Source: Candidatus Bathyarchaeia archaeon | GTDB lineage: Archaea > Thermoproteota > Bathyarchaeia > Bathyarchaeales > Bathycorpusculaceae | Length of the DNA stretch: 64,000 nucleotides | Assembly (NCBI GenBank): GCA_049512935.1 | Contig: JBEKWR010000002.1 | Coordinates: 116,887 to 180,886, forward strand | Reading direction: 5' to 3' | Part shown: positions 8,768 through 17,963 of the stretch, in pieces | Layout: each line of letters starts with the position of its first letter | Position numbering within the stretch: the stretch's first letter is position 1 | Notes under the pieces: generated by a model | Seen by the model: only the letters and a program-made list of their open reading frames with translations | What the model was told of the DNA's origin: nothing | Databases searched by the model: none | Position numbers and translations under genes: made by a program

Positions 8768-8942
8768 ACAACTAAAGTAACCTATCGATAACAAACTTGG
8801 GAAAGTTACGCTTTAAATCGTTCAAACAATTCAACTTCTCGCAAAGTAGGCCAAACATCAAATCGCCAAAAAAGTACACTGTGTTTTTGTTTGAAGAAAC
8901 AAGTTTGTTTTCCCAATAATTTATAGGTGACATCTGTGAGGA

Positions 8943-9275
8943 TTAACAATATTCTTTGTGTTCATTCTGGTTAAGTTCATTCTTTGCTTTGGTTAAAGGG
9001 ATTTCACTTCTAATTTTCACAGTTGGAATCACTTGGTTCAGTTCTTTGAAGTACCTGATCAAGTACAAGCCACGCTCAGTAATCGCGTAAACAATTCTAT
9101 CCCGCTCAACATACTTCGCTTCAACTGCACCTTGTGTAATCAGAAAATCAAAATAATTCTTCAGTACGTTGCAGTTGAGGTTAGCCTTTTGCATTACGTG
9201 AGTTATCTTTAAAGGACCATGACTAGCTAATGTCTCAAGAATGCTCAAACACGTTTCCAGTTTGGATCGTCTCAA
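8943..9275 (-). CDS. Winged-HTH regulator (HTH_45 type)
   Basis: RRSKLE...ILE...TH.M.KANLN...YAITERG. Confidence 0.8.
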   Translation of the reverse strand: MRRSKLETCLSILETLASHGPLKITHVMQKANLNCNVLKNYFDFLITQGAVEAKYVERDRIVYAITERGLYLIRYFKELNQVIPTVKIRSEIPLTKAKNELNQNEHKEYC

Positions 9276-9431
9276 ATTTAGATTTTCCCTTTTCGAAGTT
9301 AAATTACTGTTTTAATGTTTTACCGCATATTTGCTATTGTTCTGCCTCATAAAGGCGGGTCGACCAGTTAATGTATCCTTCGAGAGTAAACGCGCATGAA
9401 TGCTCATCGCGCCTCTATCAGAATCAAGAAA

Positions 9432-9752
9432 CTAAGTATCGTTTTGTTGGGTCATTTTTATCAGTGTAAGTTGGCTTAGCAGTTGATTGATTTTGCCAGA
9501 GGTGACTGCCCTCTTCTGAGTGTTTCTTTCTTTTTTTCTGTGTTCGGCAACATGAGTCTTGATGGCACGATTCATAGCCTGTAAATCTGGCACCACCAGT
9601 ATTTCGGCTCCGCATTCGCAACTAATGATTGGCAAACCTTCCTTCAAGCGCCCATCCACTTCAGCGGATTTGCCTTCTAGAATGTTAGCAATTCCTATTT
9701 CTTCTGTTGGCAACAATTTCTGAATTCTCTTAACTCTACTTCCACTACGCAT
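9432..9752 (-). CDS. Hypothetical metal-binding protein
   Basis: ISCECGAEILVVPDL.AM..AI..HV.EH (C2H2-like). Confidence 0.6.
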   Translation of the reverse strand: MRSGSRVKRIQKLLPTEEIGIANILEGKSAEVDGRLKEGLPIISCECGAEILVVPDLQAMNRAIKTHVAEHRKKERNTQKRAVTSGKINQLLSQLTLIKMTQQNDT

Positions 9753-9942
9753 CTAAACTCGAAAATCTCCGTTCACTTTCTTAATGGCTAACTATATTCA
9801 AGTAAATTCTTTTTATGGTCATGTCTGTATAACCCTCCATCTACAAGGTTAAAATGTCTTCAGATGTACTTGTTTAGCTAAAACTGCCAGTCGATTTGCA
9901 CATAAAAGTCCCTGATCTGATAGATGTTGGATTTTAGAAGAA

Positions 9943-10125
9943 TCATGTGCAGAAGCCTAAGTCTAAAAAAGCACTTCCAACAGAATAATCGTTCTGTTCA
10001 GTTGGATCCTCCCAATGAAGGCTCCAGCCAATCCACCAGAGAAAGACGGCTATTGGCATTAAAAGGAAAACGCGTGCCCTTCTTCTCCGATGTCGAGGCT
10101 GGATGCATATTGCGTTTTTATTCAT
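9943..10125 (-). CDS. Small membrane protein
   Basis: LLMPIAVFLWWIGWSLHW; start overlaps the upstream stop. Confidence 0.45.
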   Translation of the reverse strand: MNKNAICIQPRHRRRRARVFLLMPIAVFLWWIGWSLHWEDPTEQNDYSVGSAFLDLGFCT

Positions 10126-10303
10126 ACCTCATAAGGTATAGGGGTTTTTCTGCCTCTTTTCGTCTTTTTTGCTGAGGAATATTCTTTGCGTTATTGATGC
10201 TAATAGCCATTTTCGAGGTCTCCTGTCTTAGTCCTTCTTGAATGATGAAGTAGAATTCATCGTCGTTTAGGAGTTTTTCATATTTCTTGTCTTGAGAACT
10301 CGC
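10118..10303 (-). pseudogene. Small ORF without a canonical start
   Basis: GGAGGTGA followed by GCG; ASSQDKKYEKLLNDDEFYFIIQEGL...KPLYLMRYE. Confidence 0.35.
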
Positions 10304-10837
10304 TTTCTCACCTCCCGTGGAAATAAACTGTGCTCTCCTTAGACGCTATTCTTTGTTGCATTTCGGAAAGATTTTTTGAAACTTCCTCCATGCGACTACT
10401 CTCAAGCTAGCGAATCTTGCTTTTAGGGGGGAAGGAGGACAGATAGAGGCGGTCATAACTGTTTTAGCAAGATTCGCTGCTTACCATGAACATTGATTTA
10501 AATTATATATTAATACTATGAATTTGAAATTCATGTTTTTGGCTAACAATGAAACTGGTGCCCCAAAACCAATTACTTGACAATGCAAAATTAAATACGG
10601 TCATATTGTCAACAAAAGACCAAGAAAGCCGTTTTACAATAACCAAGTTTTTGCATTTGAAATGTGCATTTTTAAATATTATTATCAGATAATAAATGTA
10701 ATTTTCTAATATTCCATGAGTTAATTCATTATGCCTATAAGCTTGTATCACCACTATAGTGCATGGAGAAGCGTGCACTAACCCCGTGAATAGAAGTGCG
10801 TTGTTAAGAAAAATGCGCGTCAAAAAAAAGATAATGT

Positions 10838-11131
10838 ATGAGAAGATCTAAACTGGAAATACATGTGGATATCCTGAAGACCTTGGCTCACTGGGGTCCG
10901 TTGAAACTGACGCGCGTCATGTACAAGGCTAACGTTAACTGCAGCGTGCTGAAGGTGTACCTTGACTTCTTGACCAAGCAGGGGCTGGTTGAAGAGAAAA
11001 TCATTAGAAAAGAAAGATTAGTCTATGCGATCACGCAACGCGGCGTGACAGTGCTCAAGTATTTCAGAGAGCTCAAAGAAGCACTTCCCATAGTTGAAGA
11101 AACAGGAAACAAAGCATCCCATCCGTTCTAA
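10838..11131 (+). CDS. Winged-HTH regulator (HTH_45 type)
   Basis: MRRSKLEIHVDILK...MYKANVN...YAITQRG; paralog of 8943..9275. Confidence 0.85.
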   Translation: MRRSKLEIHVDILKTLAHWGPLKLTRVMYKANVNCSVLKVYLDFLTKQGLVEEKIIRKERLVYAITQRGVTVLKYFRELKEALPIVEETGNKASHPF

Positions 11132-11615
11132 AGCGCCAATTCTAGCGCGCGCCTTTTTTTCTTGCTGAACTCCTTTATTTTCGCTTATTTCAGAAAAATG
11201 TTCGTTTTCCAAGCTTTTCCTTCCTGCATTTCTTCTTTTTGAGCGGAAAAATCTGCCAAAAGAGAAAAATTTAGCGCTCACCACGACGTGAGTCTGGACG
11301 GGCCAAAAACTTTGCCTTCAGGGTTCTCCTTAAACGTCCGTTGTTAACCCAAAACTAGGTCTCCAAATATAGCCTTTTCCCCGTTTTGGCAACACGGCGA
11401 GACAGAAATCTGCTGGTCAAACGAAGACGCCTTGAATAGGAGGTTGCTGCGAAACCCTAAAAGCACAGTTTAACACAGTAGTATTGAAGAATCTGGGCAA
11501 GAAGCCTAAATCCGCGGCTTTCAACGACGGAAACAAGCATGAATAAGCATATTTTAGACACATCGGTGGCAGTTTCCTACGGTTTAAACCCAAAACTGGA
11601 GGTGCACTATGTTAG

Positions 11616-11726
11616 ATGAGGCCTTGTAGGTTTTGCGGAAAACTAGTTCCTCTTGAACAATACGTGTGCCCACACTGTGGAGCAGCCAAACCGCATGGAT
11701 GCGTCTGCCATGAACGCATCAAATAA
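11616..11726 (+). CDS. 36-aa zinc-ribbon microprotein
   Basis: MRPCRFCGKLVPLEQYVCPHCGAAKPHGCVCHERIK; GGAGGTG upstream. Confidence 0.5.
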   Translation: MRPCRFCGKLVPLEQYVCPHCGAAKPHGCVCHERIK

Positions 11727-12090
11727 GCGTGGACGCCGAGGGCAATTACTCGGAGGCGGAAAGACGCCTAAAAAGAAGATTCTGTTCGTTTGCACCTACG
11801 CGAAAGCTCGAAGCGCCACTGCCGAAGAGATGTTCAACGGTGTAGGGGGAATCGAAGCTAAATCCGCTGGCACAGCAAAGGATTATCCGAACTGCGTAAC
11901 TAAGGAACTGATGGATTGGGCTGAAGTAATTTTAGTCATGGAAGAGATACACAGGCAGTACTTGATTGAAGTTGATGGTTCATCAGCGCACAAAATTTTG
12001 GTACTGGATATACCAGACTTGTTTGGCAGAAACCAACCTGAATTAATACAGCTCCTCCATGAGAAAGCCCAACCCATCTTAAAATACTAA
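11653..12090 (+). CDS. Low-molecular-weight phosphatase (LMW-PTP)-like protein; start uncertain
   Basis: ILFVCTYAKARSATAE P-loop, SAGT, WAEVILVME, LDIPD. Confidence 0.8.
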   Translation: MNNTCAHTVEQPNRMDASAMNASNKRGRRGQLLGGGKTPKKKILFVCTYAKARSATAEEMFNGVGGIEAKSAGTAKDYPNCVTKELMDWAEVILVMEEIHRQYLIEVDGSSAHKILVLDIPDLFGRNQPELIQLLHEKAQPILKY

Positions 12091-12157
12091 ACATCGATTA
12101 GGCGTGGATTCATAGACGTTTTTGTGGTCAAGTTGTAACCGGAAAAGTGCAACGTAG

Positions 12158-12230
12158 TAGCCCGGGAGAGACTCGAACTCTCGTCAAGGGCTCCAGAGGC
12201 CCCTATGCTTGACCGCTACACCACCGGGCT
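12158..12230 (-). tRNA. tRNA-Gln(CTG)
   Basis: AGCCCGGTGGTGTAGCGGTCAAGCATAGGGGC-CTCTGGA-GCCCTTGACGAGAGTTCGAGTCTCTCCCGGGCTA forms a cloverleaf. Confidence 0.95.
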
Positions 12231-12267
12231 TCGCGCACAACACAAACATCGTTCACGATATTTAACT

Positions 12268-12480
12268 TTAATGTTGCGATGCGCCGCCGTTGTTTTTCTT
12301 CGCTTCCCTGACGCAGTAGCATTCTTGGCTGACCCTGTTGTAGCTTTCGCAGTGCCACAGCGTCTCAACTATGGGGTCCTTGTTTTGGGCGTAGCGGGTT
12401 GAACAGAAAACTTTGGTTGGGTAATCGTAACTGTTGTGGCTGTCACAGTTGCCGCAGTACTTTTCGTCGTTTTCCGCCAT
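12268..12480 (-). CDS. Small Cys-rich protein
   Basis: CGNC...FC...WHC...CYC; directly downstream of dys. Confidence 0.6.
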   Translation of the reverse strand: MAENDEKYCGNCDSHNSYDYPTKVFCSTRYAQNKDPIVETLWHCESYNRVSQECYCVREAKKNNGGASQH

Positions 12481-12485
12481 GTTTT

Positions 12486-13508
12486 TCAGCTTCCTTTCCC
12501 TGCTGGTTTTTCAAACTGCAAGAACGGCGTCCGCTTGAAGCCTTCGCCCAGCCGTTCAGTCACGGAGGCAACCAGGAACGGGAAAACCATAAGCGCTTCG
12601 CCGATGACCATCACGTGGTCTGCTTCACCCTTCATTTTTCCCCAACTCACCGTCTCCTCCAACGTTGAACCCGACAAGCCGCCCGTTTCAGGCCTATCCA
12701 GGGTGATGACGATGCCGTAGTCTAAGCCTTTCTTGGATGCCAGGGCGGATGACTGGATTGTGTTGCGTGGCACTCCGCCGCCGATGACTATCATCCCGTT
12801 CTTGGGTGATTTGGCGCAGATTCCGCAGATGGTCGGCACATCCTTGAAAGCGTCTAACTGCAGCACGGGCTTTGGCTTTTCCTGTGCGGCGTGGAGCCAG
12901 TGGATGAAGCCGAATTCTGAGTCGCGTACGGCTGGGAGGAATATGGGCACGTTTTTTTCGTAAGCCGCTCGAAGGATGGAGTTTTTGTCGGAGAGGCGCT
13001 TGCCTATTTCCCAGCTGAACTCGTTAGAAGCTAAGCTTTCCCCTTTTCGTTCGCGGGCGATGTCATCGTAAATTTCAGACATTTTGACGTCTAGTCGAAC
13101 GTAATCTTCCTCTGGAACAAGGATATCGTAGATTCGGAAAAGATGGTACTTGTAGAGTTCCGCGTCGTTTACTGCCAAGTTTCCCTTGTAATGATGCCCA
13201 CCCAAGGCTTCGATGGCGTCGTGAACCATGCATGCGCCCGTGCTTACAATCACGTCGACAAGCCTTTTTCTCACCAAATCCGTGATTAGCGTGCGCATTC
13301 CCGCGGGAACCACGGCGCCTGAAAGCGCCAAGAAAACCGTGCAGTCTTTGTCTTTGAGCATTTTCTCGTAGATGTCGCACGCCGTCGATAATCTGCCCGC
13401 GCCAAGAGAACCTGACTTCTTGTATTGCTGCATCAGTTGGTCAACGGTTTGGGCGCCGCCTATTTTTATGTGCTCAACAGGGTTTTGCAGGTAGTCTTTT
13501 CTTTCCAT
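12486..13508 (-). CDS. dys: Deoxyhypusine synthase
   Basis: GGGVPRN, GGLSGSTLEETVSWGK with active-site Lys. Confidence 0.92.
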   Translation of the reverse strand: MERKDYLQNPVEHIKIGGAQTVDQLMQQYKKSGSLGAGRLSTACDIYEKMLKDKDCTVFLALSGAVVPAGMRTLITDLVRKRLVDVIVSTGACMVHDAIEALGGHHYKGNLAVNDAELYKYHLFRIYDILVPEEDYVRLDVKMSEIYDDIARERKGESLASNEFSWEIGKRLSDKNSILRAAYEKNVPIFLPAVRDSEFGFIHWLHAAQEKPKPVLQLDAFKDVPTICGICAKSPKNGMIVIGGGVPRNTIQSSALASKKGLDYGIVITLDRPETGGLSGSTLEETVSWGKMKGEADHVMVIGEALMVFPFLVASVTERLGEGFKRTPFLQFEKPAGKGS

Positions 13509-13599
13509 ACGAGCTGCGCCTGACCGTTTTTGTTTGATGGATAATGGAGTGCCTTTTTCATATTTAAAGTTGAATCAAATCGGGGAAAAAATTGCTGAC

Positions 13600-13848
13600 T
13601 CAAAATTCGCGGTTACTGAGCCTTTCCTGGACCTCTTTTAGCCTTTGCTCTGAAAGGTAATATTTCCCGTTGACTTCAATGAAGATTCCGCTCCTGCCAA
13701 GCCGTCTCTGCATTGCCTCTTTAAACCGTGGCGGAAGCCCCAGTTCCTCCGCTGACATGGCTTTTTCAGGGCTGATGGCGCCTTTTTCCTTGAATTTTGC
13801 AATTAAGGCGGTAATTTGTTTGCGGATTTCTTCTCTATTTCTAAACAT
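13600..13848 (-). CDS. Small hypothetical protein (wHTH-like)
   Basis: 82 aa; F.EKGA.SPE.A...EELGL...GKYYLSE. Confidence 0.6.
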   Translation of the reverse strand: MFRNREEIRKQITALIAKFKEKGAISPEKAMSAEELGLPPRFKEAMQRRLGRSGIFIEVNGKYYLSEQRLKEVQERLSNREF

Positions 13849-13868
13849 GGGTTACCACGCCGTTCAGG

Positions 13869-14246
13869 TTACTTTTTTAAAAGCGCCAGAATGCCGCCTA
13901 TGACGCCGAGGATCAAGCCGATGAGCCAGCCGCTGCCGACAAAGATGCTGAGCACTGAGAAGATTAAGACGATTACGGCACCCGTGGCTTCCATTCTGGT
14001 CCAAATAAGGTAGGCGCCGACAATGATTACTACTCCGAATGCCACAGCTATTCCACCAAGCACATTCAATGCGACAGCCGCTAGGAATCTGTGCCTGACC
14101 ACGTCTGAACCAGCGAACGCTAAAACATCGCCTACCGCGATTCTGACTAGTCCTCTCAGTAGAACCAGTATGCCACCCGCCAAGGAAAACGCAAAGGCGA
14201 GACTCGCCCGCTTAGTTGTAGGTTGCTGAGTGTTTGTTTGCTGCAA
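13869..14246 (-). CDS. Membrane protein (about 4 TM)
   Basis: Hydrophobic helices; G.ILG.IGGILAL end. Confidence 0.7.
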   Translation of the reverse strand: MQQTNTQQPTTKRASLAFAFSLAGGILVLLRGLVRIAVGDVLAFAGSDVVRHRFLAAVALNVLGGIAVAFGVVIIVGAYLIWTRMEATGAVIVLIFSVLSIFVGSGWLIGLILGVIGGILALLKK

Positions 14247-14394
14247 AATGCTCTTTCTCCGAAAAATGGCTTAAGCAAGCGCTAATTTAAACCTTCCCAA
14301 AACGGCTTTACTGAGCGTTCATTTTGGTTATAAAACGATTGCTTTATCGGGCGTCCATGCCGTTCAATCGCAGAATTTTCCTTCTCTGGAGCTA

Positions 14395-14518
14395 TGGCGG
14401 GCGGGGAGGGATTTGAACCCTCGACCCCCAACTTAGGAGGCTGCTGCTCTATCCATGCTGTTTAGAAAAACAAAACCCGCGAGAAACTGAGCCTGCTGCC
14501 GGGAAAACCGCTCCGCCC
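14395..14518 (-). tRNA. Interrupted or degenerate tRNA-Arg(CCT)
   Basis: 3' portion intact (CAGCATGGATAGAGCAGCAGC-CTCCTAA-GTTGGGGGTCGAGGGTTCAAATCCCTCCCCGCCCG-CCA); 5' pieces GGGCGG and GCTCAG are separated by insertions. Confidence 0.55.
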
Positions 14519-14554
14519 ATAACCGACAATGCCGTCAACATGGGGTCAACATTG

Positions 14555-14682
14555 AAAGTCGCAATCCGCCCATCCCAAAGTCGCAACGTTCAATCAGCCT
14601 CAAGCCCTAAACCCAAAAAGCAACAGGGAACGCAAACTGCCAAGGCCGAAAGTCGCAACTTTCACCAAGGCAAAAGTCGCAA
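14555..14682 (+). repeat. Four direct copies of AAAGTCGCAA
   Basis: Copies at 14555, 14577, 14649, 14673. Confidence 0.8.
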
Positions 14683-14804
14683 CTTAAAAATTAAAACCAA
14701 ACAAAAAACCCGCAAAAACCCCGAAAACAGCGAAAACCAACTGGTTTTGGACAAAAAATATAATACGTTGGATTCAGAGAGAGCTTTTGAGGTTGAAATG
14801 AATT

Positions 14805-14999
14805 ATGCCAGTGGTTCAGGTTTCAGTTTGGGAAGGGATGAGCCCTGAGAACAAGAAGAAAATGGTCGAGGGAATAACCAGAGTGTTCGAGGACATGGGA
14901 ATCCCGAAAGACGCCGTAACCGTCATCATTTACGAAGCGCCCAAAAGCAATTGGGCAACAGGCGGAAGATTGCACTCGGAAATTCACGCGAACCGCTAA
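14805..14999 (+). CDS. 4-oxalocrotonate tautomerase family protein
   Basis: N-terminal Pro1 MPVVQV...NWATGG. Confidence 0.9.
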   Translation: MPVVQVSVWEGMSPENKKKMVEGITRVFEDMGIPKDAVTVIIYEAPKSNWATGGRLHSEIHANR

Positions 15000-15031
15000 C
15001 CCGCAAAACACTAACCGCGAGGACACACACT

Positions 15032-15325
15032 ATGTCGCAGAAAAAAATCAAGCTCAAAGCAAACGTAAGCAGCGAAAACCCCGCAGCCGTAAAACCCGTT
15101 TTGGAACGGATAATCGCCGCAAACGGCAGCATAAAAGCAACAGCAGACGGATTTGAAGTCACGGCGGAACTCAAAGGCGAAAGCGCCAAAGACCTCAACC
15201 GCACGCTACTTTCTGAACTTCGCAGGGCAGAAAAGAAAACGAGGCTACGCTCCGAATGGACAGTTGACGGCACAACCGAGAAGTACTTTGACTACGTGCT
15301 CAAACAAACACGCAAAGCCGTTTGA
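15032..15325 (+). CDS. Hypothetical protein
   Basis: MSQKKIKLKA...SAKDLNRTLLSELRRAEKKTRLRSEW. Confidence 0.65.
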   Translation: MSQKKIKLKANVSSENPAAVKPVLERIIAANGSIKATADGFEVTAELKGESAKDLNRTLLSELRRAEKKTRLRSEWTVDGTTEKYFDYVLKQTRKAV

Positions 15326-15617
15326 AAGGCTAAACGCCCGTTTTTCCCCGCTTATTCTTTAGGCAGGTAAACGCAGTAGGGCTCTTCCTGCAAGTAATCC
15401 TTGTTTATCCGATAACGCCCAGTTCACGACTAATGTCTGCAAATGAAACGCGGCAGTTAAGCTGCGGTTTAAGAGTCACACCTTGAGGCTTACCCAAGAA
15501 AACTCTACCGAACAAACAGTTAGAAAAGCAAGAAATTAACCGTTTGCTTCCAGCCGCCAAGGGCAGTTCTGCGAAGGCTTTTAAAGCTAAACCGCTTGAC
15601 TCTGGTTTAGGGACGAC

Positions 15618-16949
15618 ATGCGCACACGCTTAGCAATTTTAAGTCTTATTCTCATTCTCTCACTAACCCTTACTTTTCCAAGCAACCATATTGCGGTGGC
15701 TGCCAGCACTTCCAGCCAGATCGCTTATGGAGCAAATTTAGCTCAGATGCGCCCACCAATTGACGATTACGCATTCGCTTTTGACGCAAGCATTCCGCCA
15801 CAGTACGGCGTTAACTGGCTTAGAGAAGCAGCGTTTGTGGATCCAGTTCACGCGGCGAATTTCACACAGTTGTATAATCAGTACGCCCCGTACGGGTACA
15901 ATTGGGAGCTTAGGCTTGACATTTTAGCCGTAACTGACCTCTATGGAACAAACTGGACCCTGCCACAGTGGGACACGTATGTCACCACCGTAGTTCATGA
16001 TTTCCCGAACGTTCATGTTTGGGAGGTTGGAAATGAAGTTTTAAGCGGACAAACTCAGTACAACACGGGTTACCTTGCAAGCGGGAACCTTTCGCTTGCC
16101 TACTTCAACATTCTGAAGGACGCCTACACGATAGTGAAGCAGCATGACTCTTCAGACACGGTCATAGCTTTTGGTGGTCAAGACATTTTTGTCCCAACCG
16201 AGTTAGCGGCTTACAATTCAGGAAACTTCCAAGATGCCTCGTATCAGCTTGCAGCGCAGGTGTGGGCAGACGGAGGCGCAAAATACTGTGACGCTATTTC
16301 ACTGCATTGTTACGGAGACAACACAGGCGGAGCATGGTTACCAAACGAAACCGTCACCTACAACGGAGTAACCTCGACGCTTACGCTTCAGCAAATATGG
16401 AACAGCTACATCAACGAGTACGAACAGCTAACAGGCAAGCCAATTTGGTTCACTGAAACGGGAGAACCCATCGACACTCCGCCAAACGACTCGACACCGC
16501 CAGTAATCAGCAATTCACTGCAAAAACAGGCGGCGTTCCTAACCCAAACCTTCACGTTCCTCTCAAGCTTCTCGTTCACCAAAGCAATCTTCTGGTTCAA
16601 ACTCGTCGGACTCTCACAGTACTACGACAACAGCGGTAACTTCCTCTTCACTTTGGACGATGGACTCTTCAACCAAGACGGAACAGCAAGACCCGCCACT
16701 GAAGCCTTCCAAAGCTTCGCACAGCCCACGGCAGTCTCCTCTCCAACTCCAACTGCGCCGTCGAACACATCAACCCCAACGCCATCCCCGTCCTTCTCCG
16801 CATCTCCCACGAGTTCACCTTCGCCAACAAACACGATCCCAGAATTCCAAAACTCCGTTTTAATAACCACATTGTTTGCCTCGGTAACACTGCTCCTTTT
16901 CTTTAAACACGCGAAGAAAGTCAAAAGCGGGGTTTCATTGAACCATTAA
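15618..16949 (+). CDS. Secreted clan GH-A glycoside hydrolase with PEF-CTERM-like anchor
   Basis: Signal peptide, WEVGNE acid/base, IWFTETG nucleophile, S/T/P linker, IPEF + TM + basic tail. Confidence 0.8.
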   Translation: MRTRLAILSLILILSLTLTFPSNHIAVAASTSSQIAYGANLAQMRPPIDDYAFAFDASIPPQYGVNWLREAAFVDPVHAANFTQLYNQYAPYGYNWELRLDILAVTDLYGTNWTLPQWDTYVTTVVHDFPNVHVWEVGNEVLSGQTQYNTGYLASGNLSLAYFNILKDAYTIVKQHDSSDTVIAFGGQDIFVPTELAAYNSGNFQDASYQLAAQVWADGGAKYCDAISLHCYGDNTGGAWLPNETVTYNGVTSTLTLQQIWNSYINEYEQLTGKPIWFTETGEPIDTPPNDSTPPVISNSLQKQAAFLTQTFTFLSSFSFTKAIFWFKLVGLSQYYDNSGNFLFTLDDGLFNQDGTARPATEAFQSFAQPTAVSSPTPTAPSNTSTPTPSPSFSASPTSSPSPTNTIPEFQNSVLITTLFASVTLLLFFKHAKKVKSGVSLNH

Positions 16950-17065
16950 CCTTCAAAAGCTCTTCAAAAGCTAAAAAGAGAATTTGAAATAAAGAGACTT
17001 TCGCGGTCTTGCTTCAGAAAAGTTATTACCTTCAAAACTTACCTAGTTGCGATTAAGGAAAAAGG

Positions 17066-17959
17066 ATGGTTACAACTTCGAGCGCCTCTCAGCCGCGGGA
17101 TGAAGAAAAAATCGTCAAAGTTGGACTGATTCAAACTGCTGCTTCAGACGACATAGCTGATAACATGAGAATGACCGTTGAAAAAATTGAGGAAGCAGCA
17201 GGGAAGGGCGCTCAAATCGTCTGTCTGCAAGAGCTTTACAGAACAAAGTATTTTCCCCAAGCAGAAAAACAGGACTTCAGCAGCCTAGCGGAAACAGTTC
17301 CTGGCGAATCCACGAGGACTTTCTCCGCGTTGGCTAAGAAGAACAAGATAGTTATAATTGCGCCTATTTTTGAGAAGGCTTCAAACGGGAAATACTACAA
17401 TTCAGCCGTCGTAATCGATGCAGACGGGAAAACCTTGGGTGTCTACCGCAAGGTGCATGTGCCTCATGACCCCCTGTTTTACGAAAAAAACTATTTTGAA
17501 GCGGGCGACACAGGCTACTGCGTCGTCAAAACCCGTTATGCCCGCGTTGGAGTGCTTATCTGTTATGACCAATGGTTTCCTGAACCCGCAAGAATCAACG
17601 CCCTGATGGGTGCAGAAATCATCTTTTACCCCACAGCGATCGGCTACGTCAAAGGCGAAAGCCTATCAGACGGCGACTGGAAAGACGCTTGGAAAACGGT
17701 GCAACGCGCCCACGCCATAGCGAACGGCGTCCATGTTGCCGCCGTGAATCGGGTGGGTGAGGAGGGGCAACTTCAGTTTTGGGGTGGCTCATTCGTGTGT
17801 GACTCCTTCGGCGTGATGCTTAAAGAGGCAAGCTGCACGAAAGAGGAAACGTTGGTTGTTGATGTGGATCTTGCAAAGAACAAGAGGATCCAGGAAGGCT
17901 GGGGATTCCTTCGAAATCGGCGACCTGACAATTACAGGGCGCTTGTGGAGGGCACCTGA
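17066..17959 (+). CDS. aguB: N-carbamoylputrescine amidohydrolase (nitrilase family)
   Basis: CLQEL, YRKVHVP, ICYDQWFPE; adjacent to aguA. Confidence 0.85.
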   Translation: MVTTSSASQPRDEEKIVKVGLIQTAASDDIADNMRMTVEKIEEAAGKGAQIVCLQELYRTKYFPQAEKQDFSSLAETVPGESTRTFSALAKKNKIVIIAPIFEKASNGKYYNSAVVIDADGKTLGVYRKVHVPHDPLFYEKNYFEAGDTGYCVVKTRYARVGVLICYDQWFPEPARINALMGAEIIFYPTAIGYVKGESLSDGDWKDAWKTVQRAHAIANGVHVAAVNRVGEEGQLQFWGGSFVCDSFGVMLKEASCTKEETLVVDVDLAKNKRIQEGWGFLRNRRPDNYRALVEGT

Positions 17960-17963
17960 GTCG

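Larger units (their letters stand above)
7565..12156. mobile_element. Decayed genomic islet between att repeats
   Basis: Bounded by the 25-bp repeats; AT-rich; regulators and gene fragments; no intact integrase. Confidence 0.6.

Noticed and set aside
10503-10823. 106-aa ORF
   Set aside because: Very AT-rich with no motif; more likely the promoter region of the HTH gene.
14555-14685. CRISPR mini-array
   Set aside because: Repeats are only 10 bp with irregular short spacers.
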